A stretch of DNA of 63,090 nucleotides, the filler included, from Octopus bimaculoides (Eukaryota), in NCBI RefSeq assembly GCF_001194135.2. It is 7 parts of 7 records of this genome, joined end to end, with 100 filler letters (N's around TTAATTAATTAA, not from the genome) between each part and the next. Parts side by side here need not be neighbours in the genome. Positions count along the whole stretch, not along the records: positions 2,954 to 17,449 come from NC_068988.1; positions 17,550 to 29,773 come from NC_068983.1; 5 more parts are not named here. One strand, 5' to 3'. This document shows positions 13,264 through 25,489 of the stretch, piece after piece (the stretch's first letter is position 1; each line of letters begins with the position of its first letter). A model generated the notes under the pieces. That model was not told where the DNA came from. It was given only the letters and a program-made list of their open reading frames with translations, and did not search any database. The position numbers were made by a program, and so were the translations under genes.

Positions 13264-13371
13264 AAATATTGTTTATAATACATTCTGCTATAGGTACAAG
13301 GCCTGAAATTTTGTGGGAGGGGATTAGACGATTACATCGACCCCAGTGTGTAACTGCAGCCAGTGGGATTC

Positions 13372-13659
13372 AGGTTCAGTCGATCTGCATGGCTTCTTGG
13401 ACAAGTGTCTTCTACTATAGCCTTGTGACGAGACCCTTCGTGAGTCATATAGACTTAAGTGACCGGTTTCCCAGTTTCCGTGACGCATACATTTTCCCTT
13501 GGTCCGTTGCAGGATTATTTATTTTTGCTAGTTAGGTGAACTGGAGCAACGTGAAATTAAGTGTTTTGCTCAAGAACACAAAGCATCGCTCAGTCCAGGA
13601 ATCGAAATCACAATCTTACGATCATGAGTTCTGCACTCTAACCACTAAGCCACGCGCTT

Positions 13660-13707
<48 letters not shown>

Positions 13708-13925
13708 ATGTGTGTGTGTGTGTATGTGTGTGCCACCTCTGCTTGACAACGGGTGTTGGTTTGTGTACATCCCCGTAACTTAGCGGGTCGTTTAAAAGTG
13801 ATCGATAAGATAAGTACCAAGCTTAGAAATGAAAGTACAGGTGTCGATTTTTTCGACTAAACTCCCCAAGGCGTTGCTCCAGCATGGCTCCAGTCTAATT
13901 GACTGAAACAAGTAAACGATAAAAG
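13372..13925 (+). mobile_element. Bipartite SINE family C (head fragment, microsatellite, tail) interrupted by a minus-strand SINE B
   Basis: Head fragment GGACAAGTGTCTTCTACTATAGCC at about 13372-13425; SINE B head on the minus strand at about 13530-13660; (CA)n(TG)n at 13661-13730; tail ...GACTGAAACAAGTAAA at 13731-13925. Confidence 0.7.
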
Positions 13926-14002
13926 ATTAGTATCAATGATAAATTTTGTCATAAGCAAGGCAGATAACGCTTTCATCCAGATTGATTGAATATTCTTTTC
14001 TA

Positions 14003-14600
14003 CTCAAAGCACAAGGCCCGAAATTTTGGGGGAGGGTCCAGTCGATTAGGTCGACCCCAGTACGCAACTGGTATTTAATTTATCGACTCCGAAAGGATGA
14101 AAGGCAAAGTCGACTTCGGCGGAATTTGAACTCAGAACGTAAAGAGACGAAATACTGCTGAGCATTTCACTCGGCGTGCCAACGTTTCTTATTTCTTTAC
14201 TGCCCAAAAGGGGCTACACACAGAGGGGAAAAACAAGGACAGGCAAACGGATTAAGTCGATTATATCGACCCCAGTGCGTAACTGGTACTTATTTAATTG
14301 ACCCCGAGAGGATGAAAGGCAAAGTCGACCTCTGCAGAATTTGAACTCGTAGCGGCAGACAAAATACCTATTTCGTTATTGCCCACAAGGGGCTAAACAT
14401 AGAGGGAACAAACAAGAACAGACGAACGGATTAAGTCGATTACATCGACCCCAGTGCGTAACTGGTACTTAATTTATCGACCCCGAAAGGATGAAAGGCA
14501 AAGTCGACCTCGGCGGAATTTGAACTCAGAACGTAACGGCAGACAAAATACCGCTAAGCGTTTCGCCCGGCGTGCCAACGTTTCTGCCAGCTCACCGCTT
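14003..14600 (-). mobile_element. Head-to-tail trimer of SINE family A
   Basis: Three units at 14003-14189, 14190-14368 and 14369-14600, each carrying GGATGAAAGGCAAAGTCGAC. Confidence 0.92.
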
Positions 14601-14892
14601 TAGATTGCTTAAATATTAAATGGCAGCATGTGGGGAATGAGTCCGACGTGCTTGGTAAATACGATGGATAAGATTCGATTTCTAAATGAAGCGTAATCTT
14701 TACTAATGTTTATCAGACCTTAGAATGATTGTGACAAGATGAAGATTTCAAATAAAAGATATTTACTAATTTAGCAATTTAATGTAATGACAAGAGGAAA
14801 ATGTTTTAGGGGTGCCTTCTGTATGAAGAACATTTAGTTAAGTAGAGGCGTAATGTGTTCAGATAAAAAAAAAAAAAATCAAGTAGGGAGCA

Positions 14893-15115
14893 CCTTGTTA
14901 CATTTCATTCAACCACTTGAATTTTCACCAAATAATTTTTTAAAAAACGCAATTTTGATAGTTTTGCATGTTGATGACAAAAATCGCATTTATATTTCTA
15001 CAAATTCATATAAATAAGTTACAAACATTTAAAGTTATATAATTTTAGCCAATCGAAAGCTTTCAGTCTGGTGAAAATTTGAAATACTTCAAATGGGTGG
15101 AAGAAATTTAATAAG
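14893..15115. mobile_element. Degenerate MITE-like inverted-repeat element
   Basis: CTTGTTACATTTCATTCAACCACTTGAA..TTTTCACCA (about 14893-14930) is an imperfect inverted match to TGGTGAAAA..TTCAAATGGGTGGAAGAAATTTAATAAG (about 15069-15115). Confidence 0.4.
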
Positions 15116-15461
15116 ATCCAAAAATTGTATAATCACTTGAAATTAGTCCAGTAAGTCCGAGAGTATAAACAAAATACGACCTGGTTTGAAATAACCTTGT
15201 CCCTGGTTACGCCAAAACTAGAACCAACAATTTCTCCACCGGTGATGCTATCCTTGTTCTTTTGTCTTTCACACCACGTCTTTATTATTACCATTTCTGC
15301 TGTATCTCTTCCATTCTGACATTCTGCAAAGTTTGCAAACTTTGTAACACACTACAGCACTTGGTGTGACAAGTTCACCGAATATTCTTTGATATCCGCA
15401 GCAACACCCATGGAGTTTCAAACCCCCAGTTTGACCATCCAGTTATTTCATTGGCCGTCAC

Positions 15462-15471
15462 TCATTCACAC
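15462..15471 (-). CDS. Candidate terminal coding exon (R-C-E-stop) of an unidentified gene
   Basis: Minus-strand acceptor tttttttttcttgtatctgttgaatttag, phase-compatible with the 20565-20661 exon. AATAAA at 15281-15286 is followed by a GT-rich tract. Unverified. Confidence 0.25.
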
Positions 15472-16767
15472 CTAAATTCAACAGATACAAGAAAAAAAAA
15501 AGCCTCATTTTCATAGCAACCGTTGTTTCTTTTTGCAAGAAATGAACCTACGCCTCTCTTCACGTCATTTAATCCCCTCCCTTTCTTATCTCACCTCAAG
15601 GGCCCTCTTTCTGCAATTGAAAATATCTTATATCTATATTGTCTCTAAATATGCAGGTATGTATATTGGAATGTATGTTTGGGTGTGTGTACTCCTACGT
15701 ACTTGTGTTGCGTAATAGTGTATGTAAGTTTGCGTGAGTGCCTGTACGTGTGTACGTAGGCTTGTATTCATACGGATGTATGTATAAGTGGACATGATTT
15801 ATTTTGTGGCATGTCGTTTACAACCGCTGATTAAATATTTCGATTATTCAACAAGAAATATTCTGCAGGCGCCAATATATCTAGGTGCAGTTTATCTTTG
15901 ACTTCCGCTTCCTGTATTTGAATGGACCTATTTCTTTTCGCTTTGTTTTGAGGTCTCGGCTGTTTTTACAACCTGCTTCTCCAATTCTTTGCTTCTCTAT
16001 TTTACACCTGCGACTTCTGACTCTCACGCCACCTCTCATTATTTCGACCTTCTTTATCTCTCCATTATACTATCCAATTTCTTATATGATTTCGTGGGTG
16101 AAATTTGAGAAAGGTAACTGCGTGAAAGCCTACCGGAAGGACGGTTAATGTGTGGTAGAAGCAATCTACCATCCGGTTAACACCACCACCCGAACCTTTG
16201 GAAACTTTAAGCATTCCAATCGCGGTTTCAATATGAGGACACTGTTTTCCTCCCACCAGTTTCAGATGTCAAGAGAAAAGTTGTGGGTGTTGCCTTTCCT
16301 TCTCTATGACAGAAAAAAGCAACAGCACAACTTTATATAATTTCTTCCCTCTCAGGTGAGGTGAAAAACTCGAAACGTTAGATTCTACACTCTTCAAGGA
16401 AAGGTAACTTACTGGATTTTCCAATGAATCCTCTTGTATATTAATGGTAAGGCGTGAGTAGTAAGAAAATATTTCAACAATGAATGGAAATGCGCCTTTT
16501 ATCATCCTAACTAAAGTATATCATGTGAAAGCTCATGGCCTAGTAGTTAGTGTGCTGCAACCCTTTCTCCCTTTAACTGTCACAACCTCAAGTTTCAGTG
16601 GAAAAGATGAAACTGTGTTCATGTCTGCTCGCGATAACATAGACACCTAACAATAACTGATTAAATAAGTATTTTGTATATTCAATATAGAACTTCCTCG
16701 CAGTTGGAATTTCTTCCAGTCATGTTGGGAATCACTATATAAGAATTAGTAATATACTGCTGCCAAC

Positions 16768-17001
16768 AAGGCGGTGAGCTGGCAGAAAAGGCGGCGAACT
16801 GGCAGAAACGTTAGCACGCCGGTCGAAATGCTTAGCGCTATTTCGTCTGACGTTACGTTCTGAGTTCGAATTCCGCCAAGGTCGACTTTGCCTTTCATCC
16901 TTTCGGGGTCTATAAATTAAGTACCGTTTGCATACTGGGGTCTATCTAATCCACTAGCCCCCTCTCCCAAAATTTCATGCCTTGTAGCTAGAGTAGAAAA
17001 G
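16768..17001 (+). mobile_element. SINE family A copy with 17-bp TSD and a duplicated first 20 nt
   Basis: TSD AATATACTG(C/G)TGCCAAC at 16751-16767 and 17002-17018. Confidence 0.92.
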
Positions 17002-17303
17002 AATATACTGGTGCCAACTAAGCCAACTGAATCGGGTGTACTCACATCTGAAAACACTTATCTTGTCTCTACATGTTAATATTTTTCCTGGTGATTATTA
17101 CTGATTATATCTCTTCTCTGGTAATTAACTGGCACTGACTTTATCAACTCTACTGGGAATACTACAACCTCGGGCCGACTAAAGCCTTGTGAATGGATTT
17201 GGTGGATGGAAATTGTGTGAAGCCCGACGTTAATTAATTAAATTAAAGACATATCAGCGAAAACGACGAATTTCTCCTTGTTATTTACATCTATTTTCTT
17301 CTC

Positions 17304-17342
<39 letters not shown>

Positions 17343-17699
17343 CAAATAGTAAATGAGTATATGCATATATACGTACAGGTATGTGCATACCGACATCCAC
17401 CTGTATGTATAGGTGCATATCTGGGTACAGGACATTGCAAACAAAACGTNNNNNNNNNNNNNNNNNNNNNNNNNNNNNNNNNNNNNNNNNNNNTTAATTA
17501 ATTAANNNNNNNNNNNNNNNNNNNNNNNNNNNNNNNNNNNNNNNNNNNNCGGGGCTTGTGGGGTCGGAGCGTGGCCTGATCATCGCTGCATTTGTGTTGT
17601 CTAACGTACTGTTAATATCATTCGATTTTTTATATTTTATAAAATGTTTAAAGTCATATTTTATGTAAACCATTCGCATTACTGATCCCAATCAGTTGT

Positions 17700-17928
17700 T
17701 TTGTACCATTCTATGTATGGCCCCTGTGGGCAATAAAGAAATTGGTATTTCGTCTGCTGTTACGTTCTGAGATCGAATTCCACCGAGGTCGACTTTGCCT
17801 TTCATCCTTTCGGGGTCGATAAATTAAGTACCAGTTACGCACTGGGGTCGATATAATCGACTTAATCCGTTTGTCTGTCCTTGTTTGTCCCCTCTATATT
17901 TAGCCCCTTGTGGACAATAAAGAAATAA
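17700..17928 (+). mobile_element. SINE family A partial dimer (tail fragment plus head-less unit)
   Basis: Junction AATAAAGAAATT|GGTATTTCGTC at 17743/17744, followed by the full central domain and tail. Confidence 0.88.
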
Positions 17929-18439
17929 ATATATTGATTGTAACATTAAGTTCAAATTACCCAACTGATATGTATCGAGGATCACGGGGATAAGTTAAAG
18001 GAGTTCTTGATAAAACTTCCATACGTACCCCTGGTATATGAACGGTAAGATAATTAAGTTTGCTGTCTTAAAACAGCCAAATGTTAATGCAACATTTTCA
18101 GTCTATCCTTCTCTTTCCCAGAAGAGAAAAAGGCACGAAGTGTTAAATTCTTTACTCCTTTTGGCAATTGATATTATACTTCCTTTCTATAAACTTTTAT
18201 TATTGGCTACATGTTATAAATGCTATGCTAGCTTTTTCGGATTTTTAGAAAGGACCCAATATCCTTAAGGCCAAGAACTTTTCAGCCCACGCCTCGTATG
18301 AACATCCAGTTAGAGAACCAATGAAAAGGCATTGGCTTGTTAGAAGTAACTATAAATTCTCCATCAAACTACGCTATTACATTGTCCTAAAAAGTAAATG
18401 AGATATTTAATAAGTGGACAAATATAAAACGGAAGAAAA

Positions 18440-18515
18440 GATGTAATTGTCATGGGTGGAAAGCTTTTGATCATAGGTGAAGTCAATGAGGGCTGACTTT
18501 TGACTAAGCAACAAT
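18440..18515 (+). mobile_element. Degenerate interspersed repeat (family E; SINE-like tail)
   Basis: TTTTGATCATAGG...GGGCTGAC...AACAA resembles the reverse-strand copy at about 21885-22060. Confidence 0.4.
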
Positions 18516-20564
18516 TATCACTGATTCTTAGATATCAAACAACTCTAGATCACGATGGAACCTCCTTGTTTTAATCTAGTAATGTTCAATACCCTTTTAA
18601 AATATTTTGGTGTCTTTTGTCTATCATGAGTCAGAACTTCATTTTCATTTGGGTCAATTGTTTTACAGATACCAAGACTGTATGAGAATGCTGTGAGAAA
18701 TCAAATCCACACTGGAAATAAATCAGATACCCAAAGATGACTTTTTGTTTTACGAAGTCATTGTTTAATTAATATGAAGTAAAATTAAGTATGGCAATCA
18801 ACAAACAGAGGTTACAATCAGAACTAAGGGCTAAATCAAGGACTGAATTAACTGATATAAGTAAACGAAATGAGTGAAGACTCTGCTCTCAGTCTGTATA
18901 TTGGATCCATTTACTTTGCTTTTACCAGGCGACTGAAAGGACTTGCACATGACTACACAAGCTAACAAAACTCTTGTGTATAATATACTGCCCCCGCTTA
19001 TTACACTTGTGAGCTCTACGTTCTGATAGTTATTTATAACGCAGTATACCCGGTTATTTCAGATCTAAGGTTTTGTTGTGCGAACATTTTTGTATAGGAA
19101 GGGGACAATTTGAATAACGGATAAGAAACATCGACATATTTCATAGTTTATTTAACTATCTATTCAGATCTGGCCTAGAAATACCTAAATCTACTGGATC
19201 CAAAATTGTAGAATACCAAGATTAAGTAACCTTTTATCGTTTTGTCTTGAATGTTTGTGTTTTTTTTTTTTTGTAATATGAGTCCGAAATAAGATTCGGG
19301 TAACTTTTCAAGCAACGAAAATTAAGATATGTTATAACAAATGTTACGACACTCAGCAGTGTTACATTATCACTGCTACTTAAAAGCAAGTCGATACTCA
19401 TCACTGAAGAATCTAGATACAGTGAGATGGAGTGAGAATGTTAAGAGAAACTTTATTTTAGGTACATGTTTTGGCTATGGATTGACATCTACAACGACAT
19501 CTACGATTTAGCAAATATAATGCATATTATCCGTATGGGACAGTCCAACAAATTGCTTGATATAATTAACTAAATATAAAAAGTATCTGTTCCTATTAAG
19601 GAACAAGATTATAATAGCAATATTTAGTCATCTTTTAATAAAAGTTAATTACACAGTTAGCTAGGAACCATCTCGTTAGCATGCAACAAACAAATTTTAT
19701 GACCAAAAAGTTGACATCGTTTATTCACAAGAAAATCTTCCTCTGTTTAACTACACAAACTATATATTCAAAAGAGGGGTGGGGAAGCGGTATCATTACA
19801 AAATATTACTTTATCATTTAATGATGATTATAATGATAAAGGTGCTGGGTGTCTAGTGGTGACGATGAGGAGGAGGAGGATGTCAAATTGTAAAGATCGT
19901 TTTCTGAAAATAAATTGTCTGTTAGGTTAATGATCTGTGCTGCGCTATATAACAGTTAAATACTGATTACTAATTACAAGGCAGAAGTAGAATATTTGCT
20001 GGGGTAAAATCTAACCATTGCAAAGCACAATATTTTAGATGCGATATCTTACAAGTGTAATTCAGATTTCAAATTTTATTGTTCACAGGGACCCTTATTA
20101 AATCTTTGTGGGGGGGGGGGGAGTCTATTACTACTGGTGTTAGTATAATCGGTTTTAAAACATTCTTTCATTTCAGTCCATCTCAACTTCTATGACAAAA
20201 ATTGATTTAACCGTTCACCTAATCTATGCCTCGGGAAAATGAAGTCTAATAAAATAAAAACTAAACAAGATTTTCAAAATGTAAAATAAAATATTCATGA
20301 ACATACAAACAAATGGCAGAAACTTGAACAAATAAGTGTCCCAGCAAAAAAAAATGTTTCATAATAAACAATACATCTGTCAACAACTACAATACCAACG
20401 ACACTATGCATTAAAAGTAAATATCAATAACGAAAGTCTACCTTCCTCAAATTTTCTTTCAAACAAAAGATTCTTTCTGTGTAAAATATTGGAATAGTTC
20501 ACTGAAGATCAAACGCTTGGGAGCATTGTGCTCAAAAGATTGGCATCAACCTACTACAATTCAC

Positions 20565-20661
20565 CGTCGAAGCCCGTGAAAGTAGTGTAAATAATCTATC
20601 TTGCCTAGTTCACGGAAATTATCGTTGTAACATCGCAGCATTGCTTCTTTCCAAGTATTAC
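20565..20661 (-). CDS. Candidate internal coding exon, product unknown: (G)NTWKEAMLRCYNDNFRELGKIDYLHYFHGLR(R)
   Basis: Acceptor tattttcctccttctatttag and donor CG|GTGAAT flank 97 nt that are open in phase 1 to 2. GC is higher than in the flanks and the site is non-repetitive. Confidence 0.35.
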
Positions 20662-21884
20662 CTAAATAGAAGGAGGAAAATATATGTCCTTGCATACATT
20701 ACTTTGTACCTCAGTCAATAATGAGGTTATTTTGCACTGTGGTGAGTCGCCCAAGCTTAAAGAAGTCATTTACAATAACAGTTTATGGTCGGTCTTGATA
20801 CGAATTTTTATTCCTATAAAATTCAGATTTCCTACCAACCGCCTACAGTGTCTTTTCTTTATCCTGTCATGTCTTCTTTTATACTCTTTTTATAGCAGCT
20901 TGTAATAGTCTCAAGCTATGTAGTTGACAGACTCAGCTATAGGCTGTCTTCTGCCTATTTTTACTTTTGAAAAATTATATTCGTTAGTTCTTGTGCTTCA
21001 TCTTTACATCTCCGTCTTCCCTTCAGTCTCATTGTCTTCGTTCTCTTGTTATGCTTTATTTATCAGGTAATCATTTTATGTTTTATTTATGAGGCAAAAC
21101 GTTTCTTTTCGGTTTTCTAATCTCTTCCAATTTTATGTAATATGTGATCTTTTTCTGTGTTTGTGTTACCGCCATTGATCAACGAGACTGTTCATATATA
21201 CTTTTCTTTATTCTTCCACACTTATTACTTTAGTCTTATTATAGTCATTTGTACTCTATATTTAATACTGAATAGTTCTCTATAAAACCTCCCTTCTTTT
21301 TTGTATATACTATAAAACAACATATGTACTGCAAGGGTCATCACAGAAATATAGGATGACTTGATAGTATGTACCACACTTTTGCTGATTATTTTAGATA
21401 CCTATGTAACTTTGCGAAAGCATAGATACCTTCTCGACCCGCCAATCCTTGACTCAACTGGAAATTCAGGATGTGACGATTGGCGAGAAAGAGTAAAGTG
21501 CTGTACCAGCACTCGAATGGTCATCATTTCAGATGAGCAAGCTAGAACAACGTGAAATGAAACGCTCTACTCAAGAACACAACGTACTGCCCGACGAGCA
21601 ATCAAATTCCGGACTTTATAATCGTGACGTGAGTCGTCCCCTCTAACTTAAATCGAACGTTTTTACAATCAACACGTGTCTGTCAATAAATAGATCATTT
21701 ATCATCCATTGATGATAATTAAGTAATATCAACTGGTTAATATATTCAATGTTTACCCTATAATCTCCTCTATTCGGACGCCTTCTATATAATCTCCTTA
21801 AAAATTGTAGATGTTTCTTTTCCCGACTATTTCTCTTAAAACATTTTAAAATGGTTCCCCCTTCTAGGGAGTGTTTAATTGTTA

Positions 21885-22060
21885 TTTAACCTTAGGTTTG
21901 CTTTGGCTGAAAGTTCTTTGTTCAAAGGTGATCCAACCGTAATTATTACGTCGTTTATATATATATAGAACTGCATTTTACAATACATCGTATATCATCA
22001 TTTATTAAGTTTATAGGTTGTAGTTTTAGGGAGATTTAGTTGCTGTTTCTAGCAAACAGA
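21885..22060 (-). mobile_element. Degenerate interspersed repeat (family E)
   Basis: The reverse strand reads GCTAGAAACAGCAACTAAATCTCCC...TTTGAACAAAG; related to the 18440-18515 segment. Confidence 0.45.
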
Positions 22061-23609
22061 GCTGCCATATAGAAATTCTCTTGTAGTCTCATCTAGAAAG
22101 ATTATTCAATATTTTCATATATTACATTTTCTCCTTTCTTATTTCAGCTTCACTTATGAATATTGAATTCCATCTTAATATTTCATCTGAAACCTTCGTC
22201 ATCAAGAATGGCGTTCCATCTCACTTTTGGATTAAAGTTTCGCACCATTAATCAACATTATGAGCTGCACTCCATGAATGCACTTAATGTAAATAGCACT
22301 CTGGTTCACTTTTGTGTCATATATAAGACAAGAGGTTATGAAAGCAGTAACACATACAACTGTTGATAATGAATCTCAGTGGATCTAAAATCAAATTGAA
22401 TTTTGACAGTATACTAATCAAGACTCCATGCTCTCCTTGATAAAGGTTTTGCCTACTGTATCATTGAAATCAAAATGTTTCATACATTCCAGTACACAAA
22501 AATGTAATATTAGGCCCATTTTTTGTAGTCATTCTTCAGTACACCAAAATGTAATATTAGGTCCCTTTTTGTAGTCATTCTTTCATGCAATAGGTGTTAT
22601 ATTACTGTGAAGATTTCAGATCTTTAACCTTCGTCTGAAAGTGATGGAGATAGAAAAGTGATGTTGCTCGTTAGACTTTGAGTAAGAACATGTTAGGTTT
22701 TGTTATATAATTTTGCCAATATCGAAAAGATCAACAACTGTCTAGAATTATATCAAGGCATCGTTTCTTTTTACTACTCTCTCATGCATTAAAATGTTTC
22801 AACATTTGCATGAAGATTTACAAACTCTCAACCCAAGTTGGTAGTTTTACAACAATAAAAACGTAAGAGAAATGAAACAATTTGCTTCGTTCCTTATCAT
22901 TCAAAATAATAACAGTACTCTTCCTTGTTCTTCTCGGATATATCTTCAAGGCATCTTTCTGTCTTGGAAACTGAAAAATATATCGAGACTGTACTTCCAG
23001 TTAGTAATTACTGCTATCAGAGGTCATTTTGTTCAGAGGTGACCTGAGGCACCACAATAACAACGGTATATAAGGAATTGAGCAAAACACCCGATCGACG
23101 GTATTTACAAGCTAATTATTTTCTATAGTTTAACCGTTTTATATTGTTTGTGGTTTTGTTAAAACCATCCCATATAGTTGTAGGATATCGGTGTCCATCC
23201 TAGGTGAATTCGGTGGCATTACATATTTCCATTCATAGCATATCTGACCTTGATCTCAACGTATTGCGGAGGAATGAGCACCATGGTATCTCCTATAAAA
23301 CGAAAAATGACGACGATTAGAAGATGATCTGAACCAATTACATGAGTGGTATGTTATTTATCAAATAAGAAATAATGAAAAAAAAATAATAATTTACCTT
23401 TGCGAGGTTTTTAATACATTATACAGGGTCGGAAAAAATAGCTCAACCATTTTCGCCTGTCTGTTCTAAACCATAACAACGCTGTCATTTCCAGGTATAG
23501 CGTTCGTTTTTCTTTGTTTAAACAGTAAGAAATGACTTGTGGAAGGTCTGACTGCTATATCTGAGAATACGTTATTTTGAAGATCAAAAGACCACATAGA
23601 TTCGCTCTA

Positions 23610-24875
23610 TTTTATCTTTTACTTGTTTCAGTCATTGGACTGAGGCCATACTGGGGCAGGCCTTAAAGGGCTTTAATCGAACGAATTGACTTCAATATAT
23701 ATTTTTTTTTAAAGTCTGTTTCATATTCCACCGGACTCTTATGCCAAACCTCTAAATTATGAGGACATAAACAAACTAACACTGGTTGTCAAGCGATAGT
23801 GGGGACCAATACAAGGGCACGCACATACGCATGTGTGCCTACATGTATATATGTATATATATAGTGTATATAATATGCTGCATTATATATATATATATAT
23901 ATATATNNNNNNNNNNNNNNNNNNNNNNNNNNNNNNNNNNNNNNNNNNNNNNNNNNNNNNNNNNNNNNNNNNNNNNNNNNNNNNNNNNNNNNNNNNNNNN
24001 NNNNNNNNNNNNNNNNNNNNNNNNNNNNNNNNNNNNNNNNNNNNNNNNNNNNNNNNNNNNNNNNNNNNNNNNNNNNNNNNNNNNNNNNNNNNNNNNNNNN
24101 NNNNNNNNNNNNNNNNNNNNNNNNNNNNNNNNNNNNNNNNNNNNNNNNNNNNNNNNNNNNNNNNNNNNNNNNNNNNNNNNNNNNNNNNNNNNNNNNNNNN
24201 NNNNNNNNNNNNNNNNNNNNNNNNNNNNNNNNNNNNNNNNNNNNNNNNNNNNNNNNNNNNNNNNNNNNNNNNNNNNNNNNNNNNNNNNNNNNNNNNNNNN
24301 NNNNNNNNNNNNNNNNNNNNNNNNNNNNNNNNNNNNNNNNNNNNNNNNNNNNNNNNNNNNNNNNNNNNNNNNNNNNNNNNNNNNNNNNNNNNNNNNNNNN
24401 NNNNNNNNNNNNNNNNNNNNNNNNNNNNNNNNNNNNNNNNNNNNNNNNNNNNNNNNNNNNNNNNNNNNNNNNNNNNNNNNNNNNNNNNNNNNNNNNNNNN
24501 NNNNNNNNNNNNNNNNNNNNNNNNNNNNNNNNNNNNNNNNNNNNNNNNNNNNNNNNNNNNNNNNNNNNNNNNNNNNNNNNNNNNNNNNNNNNNNNNNNNN
24601 NNNNNNNNNNNNNNNNNNNNNNNNNNNNNNNNNNNNNNNNNNNNNNNNNNNNNNNNNNNNNNNNNNNNNNNNNNNNNNNNNNNNNNNNNNNNNNNNNNNN
24701 NNNNNNNNNNNNNNNNNNNNACGTGTTTCAGTTTTCGTCTACCAAATCCACTCACAAAGATTTGGTCGACCCGAAGCTATAATAGAAGACACTTGCCCAA
24801 GGTGCCACACGATGGGACTGAACCCTGAACCATGTGGTTAGTAAGCAAGCTACTTATCACACAGTCACTCCTGCG
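23610..24875 (-). mobile_element. Bipartite SINE family C with an internal microsatellite spanning the N-gap
   Basis: tRNA-like head at 24721-24875 (reverse of GGTTCAGTCCC...CACCTTGGGCAAGTGTCTTCTA) and tail at 23610-23815 on the same strand. (TA)n/(TG)n and the gap lie between them. Confidence 0.75.
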
Positions 24876-24967
24876 CATATTTGTGTGTGTGGGTGTGTGT
24901 GTGTGTGTGTGTGTTTGTGTGTNNNNNNNNNNNNNNNNNNNNNNNNNNNNNNNNNNNNNNNNNNNNN

Positions 24968-25009
<42 letters not shown>

Positions 25010-25489
25010 TGTGTTAAATAAAGAGCAAGTATTAAAGCTGTTTCTGGGATATTAGGGATGTCTCCTCATCAGAGACGATGTGAGATGGTTAAATATAGGG
25101 AAATATTAGAGTTCAATACGAGGAGTTACTTTGGAAAAGGATGCAAAGAAAAAGTATATAGGGAAATAGGAGAATGAATGCAGAAATAAAAATAAAAATG
25201 TATAAATATGTTATAGTTGTAGTTCCATTATCCAAGGAAAGTGTTGTGTGGCAATGGGAGAAATGCTTCCTGTCCGTAATATGTAAATTCTAATAGGAGT
25301 TCATACTTTGTCATCACAAATGGAAAGTGTAGAGACGTAGATTCCATGTGCTATTCATTCAGCTTATACAAGACCCGCATTAGACTCCTCACTCGTATCA
25401 TTATCGAACGAAGAGTTTAACTACGGTCCTTCCATAGCACTTACATAGCGTTGCCTGCTGCCTTGGGTCTTCTGGATGCCAATATATAT

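Noticed and set aside
16356-16403. 48-nt plus-strand exon-like segment with good splice sites
   Set aside because: It has stops in all three frames. It could only be a UTR exon, and there is no evidence for that.
17230-17241. TTAATTAATTAA without flanking Ns
   Set aside because: It sits where SINE C normally has an AT-rich run; it cannot be called a pad or a signal.
18490-18545. KQQLSLILRY, resembling a hAT transposase QLS..LRY motif
   Set aside because: Most of it overlaps a non-coding repeat-family-E tail, and no other hAT motifs are nearby.
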